This document shows, in pieces, positions 27,812-32,000 of a DNA stretch of 32,000 bases. Below the pieces are notes generated by a model. That model saw only the letters and a program-made list of their open reading frames with translations. It was not told the origin of the DNA and did not search any database. Position 1 is the stretch's first letter, and the number at the start of each line of letters is the position of its first letter. The position numbers and the translations under genes were made by a program. Source of the DNA: Nitrosopumilus maritimus SCM1 (GTDB taxonomy: Archaea > Thermoproteota > Nitrososphaeria > Nitrososphaerales > Nitrosopumilaceae); the NCBI RefSeq assembly GCF_000018465.1, contig NC_010085.1:720001-752000 (forward strand), written 5' to 3'.

Positions 27812-29020
27812 TTATGTCAATAATGTGAATTGAACATCTTTCTTTCTTAATGCTTCAATTAACGCATCTGCTTGCTCTTTTCCTTGAGTTTCTAAATTCA
27901 TAGTAACTGATGCCGAACCTGCATTAACATTTGAACTTAATCTGTCATGAACAACTTCTACAATGTTGGCATTTGCAAGGGTAATGACATCAACAATTTC
28001 TTTGAATGAACCTGGTCTGTCAGGTAGCAATACTGATAATTTCAATAATCTACCCATAGCAGCAAGACCTTTGTCTACTATTTGTCCCAAGAGATACATA
28101 TCCACATTTCCTCCTGCCAATACTGCAACTACTTTTTTGCCTGGGGCAGGTTTTTTTGAAATTAGATAAGCTAAACTGGCAGCACCTGCGGGTTCTACTA
28201 CAAATTTCATCCTCTCCATTAAGAGAAACATTGCTTTTGTAATTTCAGTATCATCTACTAGAACAACTTCGTCTATGAGTTCATTAATTACACTAAACGT
28301 TAACTGTCCTGGAACTTTTACTGATATACCATCTGCAATTGTTCTTGCACCTCCACTTGCAGTGATTGATCCTTGTTTTACTGATTCATACATTGATGGA
28401 AAAGATCTTGATTGTACTCCAATAACCTGAACATTGGGGTTTTTTTCTTTAATTGCAATTAAGGTACCTGCAGCCAATCCTCCACCACCTATTGGAAGAT
28501 ACACTTGATCAACATCTGGCAAGTCCTCTAGTATTTCTAAACCAATTACACCCTGTGCTGCAATAATTTGAGGATCATCAAATGCATGTATCATAGTTGC
28601 CCCAGTTTCTTTTGCAATCTCTTTTGCTTTTGCAGAAGATTCATCATAGTTTACACCTTCTAGAACCACATTTGCACCATAGCCTTTTGTTGCAGCCACT
28701 TTTGCAGGGGATGCATTTTTTGGCATAACTATAGTACAAGGAATTTCTTCAAGTGCTGAAGCTAATGCAACACCTTGTGCATGATTTCCAGCAGATGCTG
28801 CAACCACTCCTTGTTTCTTTTCTTCATCAGATAATGATTTGATTTTGTAATAAGCGCCACGAATTTTAAATGAACCAGTTTTTTGTCGGAACTCTGCTTT
28901 AAGATAAACTTCAGACTTTGTAAGCTCACTAAAAGTAGGTGAATGAATTAAAGGAGTTTTCTTTATTTCATTTCCTCGCATAGAGTTTGCTTTTTGTATC
29001 TCGTCAAATGTTGGTTCCAT
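27812..29020 (-). CDS. ilvA: Threonine ammonia-lyase with C-terminal ACT domain
   Basis: KAEFRQKTGSFKIRGAYYK, ASAGNHAQGVALA, PIGGGGLAAG, C-terminal ACT-like LLPDRPGSFKEIVDVI. Confidence 0.88.
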   Translation of the reverse strand: MEPTFDEIQKANSMRGNEIKKTPLIHSPTFSELTKSEVYLKAEFRQKTGSFKIRGAYYKIKSLSDEEKKQGVVAASAGNHAQGVALASALEEIPCTIVMPKNASPAKVAATKGYGANVVLEGVNYDESSAKAKEIAKETGATMIHAFDDPQIIAAQGVIGLEILEDLPDVDQVYLPIGGGGLAAGTLIAIKEKNPNVQVIGVQSRSFPSMYESVKQGSITASGGARTIADGISVKVPGQLTFSVINELIDEVVLVDDTEITKAMFLLMERMKFVVEPAGAASLAYLISKKPAPGKKVVAVLAGGNVDMYLLGQIVDKGLAAMGRLLKLSVLLPDRPGSFKEIVDVITLANANIVEVVHDRLSSNVNAGSASVTMNLETQGKEQADALIEALRKKDVQFTLLT

Positions 29021-29148
29021 TGGAAATGTTGCTAAGAAAACGATGTATTTGACTTCTTCTATACAAAAATTATTTTTTTAGTCAAATTTTATGCGTAAAT
29101 TTCTAGGAATGCCTAAATAGTAAACAAATCGCGTTTAAATCATATCAG

Positions 29149-29192
29149 GGAATCAGAACTCCCCTGTGAGAAATTTTCTCATATCTGATTCC
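29149..29192. other. Nested stem-loop (candidate structured RNA or transcript 3'-end element)
   Basis: Outer perfect arms GGAATCAGA (29149-29157)/TCTGATTCC (29184-29192); inner arms TGAGAA (29167-29172)/TTCTCA (29176-29181). Confidence 0.45.
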
Positions 29193-29200
29193 TTGGTCTT

Positions 29201-30037
29201 TTAGTTAATTATAGTTACAAACTCGTCTAGTCGTTTTACAATACCTTCTTTTGCAGATTCAGACATTTTTCTAGGGTCAAACAACCCTTCTCGAGTATTA
29301 TTTTTCACAAATTCTAAATCAAATGTACACAAACAACCCTCTTCACCAGATACAAGTTTTGAATCATCAATTAATGTGGGAGTTGTCTGATATGTTTCAA
29401 CTAAAAGTGAATCCAATTCATTAAACAACTGAGTCTTTTTTTCAGATAATTTTTGAAAATCAACTCCTGACTGTTCTTCAATTTCTGAAAAAATTTTTTC
29501 TCGAAACTCATCATTTTCATAAAAAACTTCAAAAAGTTTTTGATGATCAAAATCCTTGTATCCCATTTCTTTTAATTTGTCTAACACATATTGATCACTG
29601 TTGTTTGATAACTCTTCTTCTTTGTTTTTAGTCATGTCAATAATTTCAGATAATTCTTTTTGGCAATCAATCACTCTTTGATCTGGTTTGTAGTATAACA
29701 AAACATGAAATTGTATTGAGACATGTCCTGAAATCAAATAGTTTCCTTCCATGATTTCAAACTTCATGAAAATTCTTCTAAGATCTTCATTGTTTGATAT
29801 TGTTACATCTTGTATTGACCAATCTTTGAGATTTGTACCAATGTTTTGAAAATAATCCATCACTAGTTTTGGATCAAAGGTTTTTTGTTCTGAAACTGTT
29901 GCATCTCCCAACATGACTTTGGCATCGATCATTTTTGTCATGTCTGTAATTTTTGTAAGAAATGATTTTTGAATAAGATCATTTTTTTCATTCAAAAGTT
30001 TGATGAATTCATTGGGAGATCGTGTACCTAAACGCAC
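29201..30037 (-). CDS. Hypothetical protein
   Basis: 278 aa ORF, charged/helical, no recognised motif. Confidence 0.75.
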   Translation of the reverse strand: MRLGTRSPNEFIKLLNEKNDLIQKSFLTKITDMTKMIDAKVMLGDATVSEQKTFDPKLVMDYFQNIGTNLKDWSIQDVTISNNEDLRRIFMKFEIMEGNYLISGHVSIQFHVLLYYKPDQRVIDCQKELSEIIDMTKNKEEELSNNSDQYVLDKLKEMGYKDFDHQKLFEVFYENDEFREKIFSEIEEQSGVDFQKLSEKKTQLFNELDSLLVETYQTTPTLIDDSKLVSGEEGCLCTFDLEFVKNNTREGLFDPRKMSESAKEGIVKRLDEFVTIIN

Positions 30038-30108
30038 AAGATTTACAAAATTATTACTTGCCTTAAACCTTCATCAATGTCTAAATATGTAATTGAGTAA
30101 TTTTAGGC

Positions 30109-30231
30109 ATGGAAAGCTCTGGTTTTGCCTGCGATGAATGTGATGGCGAAATTGTAGAATATTATCATGAAGGGTATAAGGGGAAAAGAGGGAAATGTTC
30201 CCAATGTGGACAGGAATTTCCTTTAGAATAG
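30109..30231 (+). CDS. Zinc-ribbon microprotein (40 aa)
   Basis: MESSGFACDECDGEIVEYYHEGYKGKRGKCSQCGQEFPLE with two CxxC knuckles; ends 8 nt before the cyclase ATG. Not in ORF track. Confidence 0.7.
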   Translation: MESSGFACDECDGEIVEYYHEGYKGKRGKCSQCGQEFPLE

Positions 30232-30239
30232 GAGAAAAA

Positions 30240-31031
30240 ATGGCTGAAAACAGTGTAGAAAAAGAATCAGATTCCAAGCAAGACAAAGTAGTAGACATGT
30301 TACTCAGTTCTGCATCAGAGAAGACATTAGATTCTGAATCAATGATTTTAGAAACTCAAAAAAGAGTATGGGGAGCATTAAAGAAAGGATATCAGTATTC
30401 AGGAGTAGCTGATGAATCTGACATATTCCTGAGAAAAAATGTATTTTCAAAATTAGATTTGGTTGTACTTTATGTTGATTTGGTTGGTTCAACCACAATG
30501 ACATTGGAAATGCCTGAAGAAAAGATTGCAATCATTATCAGTTCTTTTGCACAAGAGATGGCTGCAGTAATTAGACAGTATGAAGGCTATGTTCTCAAAT
30601 TTGTAGGGGATGCTGTGATTGGATATTTTGATGCACAAAGTAATGGTTTACTTGCATCGGATAACGCTGTAAATTGTGCAAAATCTATGATTACTGTAAT
30701 TCAAAAAGGAATCAATCCAATTTTGAATCAATATGATTATCCAGATTTGATGGTAAAGATTGGTGTAGATTTTGGTAAAAATATTGTTGTAAGATACGGT
30801 GCCGATGAACAGCAATCCCATGTAGATGTAATGGGACCTGCAATGAATATTGCAGCTAAAATACAAAACATGGCAAAACCTAATCAAATTTTAATCGGAC
30901 AAGATGTCTATCAGAGATTACATCCAAATTTCCAAAGAGATTTTGTTGAAGTAATATGGAAACAAGATGAATGGAAATATCGCTCCAGAGTCACTGGAGA
31001 AATTTACAAGGTTTACGAGTTTAAAGGATAA
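30240..31031 (+). CDS. Class III adenylate/guanylate cyclase-like protein
   Basis: ATG at 30240 preceded by GGAG; VVLYVDLVGSTTMT, LKFVGDAVIGYF, DVMGPAMNIAAKI. The supplied ORF extends to 30195 but overlaps the zinc-ribbon ORF. Confidence 0.82.
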   Translation: MAENSVEKESDSKQDKVVDMLLSSASEKTLDSESMILETQKRVWGALKKGYQYSGVADESDIFLRKNVFSKLDLVVLYVDLVGSTTMTLEMPEEKIAIIISSFAQEMAAVIRQYEGYVLKFVGDAVIGYFDAQSNGLLASDNAVNCAKSMITVIQKGINPILNQYDYPDLMVKIGVDFGKNIVVRYGADEQQSHVDVMGPAMNIAAKIQNMAKPNQILIGQDVYQRLHPNFQRDFVEVIWKQDEWKYRSRVTGEIYKVYEFKG

Positions 31032-31044
31032 ATCCGATTTTTTA

Positions 31045-31191
31045 TTATACGGTGAATTTGTCAGGACATTCTACATGTTCGTAATGATGTTCTGTGAATT
31101 TTTCTTGAACAACATAGATTACAATCTTGTGTAGATCCTTTTCGTCAATGTCTTTTTTGCATCTGAGACACGTCTTTTTCATTTCGGCCAT
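31045..31191 (-). CDS. Small putative zinc finger protein (48 aa)
   Basis: MAEMKKTCLRCKKDIDEKDLHKIVIYVVQEKFTEHHYEHVECPDKFTV; CxxC...HxxC; TATA-like CTTATAG about 27 nt upstream of the ATG. Confidence 0.55.
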   Translation of the reverse strand: MAEMKKTCLRCKKDIDEKDLHKIVIYVVQEKFTEHHYEHVECPDKFTV

Positions 31192-31328
31192 GCGTACCAG
31201 CGATCTAAACTGCGAATCTATAAGGATCTGCGATCAGCTCAAATTGAGCAAAAATGACTCTGATTTCACTAAACTGTATATCAAATGCCCAAAGCAAGGC
31301 AGAAATATAGCAAAATCAGACTAATTTC

Positions 31329-31700
31329 GTGGAAAACACCGTCAATAAACACCTACAAGACCTCTATGGATTGAATCCAGACATCCCTCATATGGCACTA
31401 CAATTTCCTAGATTGCCCCCAGGACTAACACATCCTATGTTTAACATTCACAAAAATCCTGTAAAAGAACAATTTTCACGAGATGCAGAAACAATCAATC
31501 AAAAACTTCAAGGATTCCAACACATGTATCAACAATATGCAGCAGGACTGTTGACTGGAAACCAAGTAATTCCTCCAGGACACCCATTATACACTAAACA
31601 AAATTCTGTACAAGCACTTCAAGCTGAAAATGATAAACTGCTAAAAGAAAATACAGAATTAAAGAAAAAATTAGAAAAAGAATCCAAAAAACAAGATTAA
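31329..31700 (+). CDS. Hypothetical protein with C-terminal coiled coil
   Basis: 123 aa; Pro-rich N-terminal half, coiled-coil tail VQALQAENDKLLKENTELKKKLEKESKKQD. Confidence 0.7.
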   Translation: MENTVNKHLQDLYGLNPDIPHMALQFPRLPPGLTHPMFNIHKNPVKEQFSRDAETINQKLQGFQHMYQQYAAGLLTGNQVIPPGHPLYTKQNSVQALQAENDKLLKENTELKKKLEKESKKQD

Positions 31701-31757
31701 AAATTATTCAAACTTTTTAGAATAAGCCTTATTAGTTGCAAATCCAATTTTTAGTAT

Positions 31758-32000
31758 ATGGCTAAAACTCCTGCAGACAAATGGAAAGATACTGTTGTAA
31801 AATATAGAAAACAATGTCAAAAAATTTTGGACGTATCAAAGAATGTAAGATATGCGGGAGTGATTAATGTTTATGGAAGAACTTTGGCAGGAATTGTTCA
31901 ACCAAATCTTAAACCATTGTTAAAATCTGAACAGGTAAAAAATGAATTTTTCATAATTTCAACATTGATATCTTTGAGAAAAAATACTGCAAGTACTGTT
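31758..32000 (+). CDS. Hypothetical protein, truncated by window edge
   Basis: ATG opens a continuous frame MAKTPADKWKDTVVKYRKQCQKILDVSKNVRYAGVINVYGRTLAGIVQPNLKPLLKSEQ... to the end. Confidence 0.65.
   Translation, partial: MAKTPADKWKDTVVKYRKQCQKILDVSKNVRYAGVINVYGRTLAGIVQPNLKPLLKSEQVKNEFFIISTLISLRKNTASTV

Noticed and set aside
31237-31249. GCTCAAATTGAGC inverted repeat
   Set aside because: Short 6-bp arms with a 1-nt centre, single copy, no clear promoter relationship.
31127-31324. + strand ORF of 65 aa
   Set aside because: Mostly antisense to the CxxC/HxxC microprotein at 31045-31191 and its promoter; composition looks non-coding.

Overview
The window reads as chromosomal DNA from an AT-rich, Nitrosopumilus-like ammonia-oxidising archaeon (Thaumarchaeota/Nitrososphaerota). 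This assignment is inferred from the gene repertoire, leaderless-looking promoters and a CdvB-like protein. Most of it is core genes: a dispersed biotin cluster (bioF, bioB, bioA, bioD), type II GAPDH, HMG-CoA synthase, threonine synthase, threonine dehydratase, purK/purE, a thiolase/DUF35/LLM trio, TlpA/CcdA/DsbA-like redox proteins, SPFH/band-7, CBS-CorC, a nucleotidyltransferase and a class III nucleotide cyclase. I see no CRISPR array, rRNA, convincing tRNA, transposase or classical defence operon. The best non-routine signals are: (1) a BirA-operator-like element GTTAACC-N15-GGTTAACAG just upstream of the bioB TATA box; (2) two near-identical 16-bp inverted repeats TTCCCAWCTWTGGGAA flanking the TATA box of a secreted matrixin protease; (3) at least seven small ORFs absent from the supplied track, six of them Cys-rich, including a convergent pair sharing a C-x2-C-x(2,4)-H-x4-C-x(4,7)-C-x-C pattern; (4) eight perfect 30-bp repeats encoding a Pro/Glu spacer; (5) a long nested stem-loop at 29149-29192; (6) a zinc-ribbon microprotein abutting a nucleotide cyclase with an Arg-to-Lys change in its signature motif. 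No clearly new multi-gene system can be proven from sequence alone.
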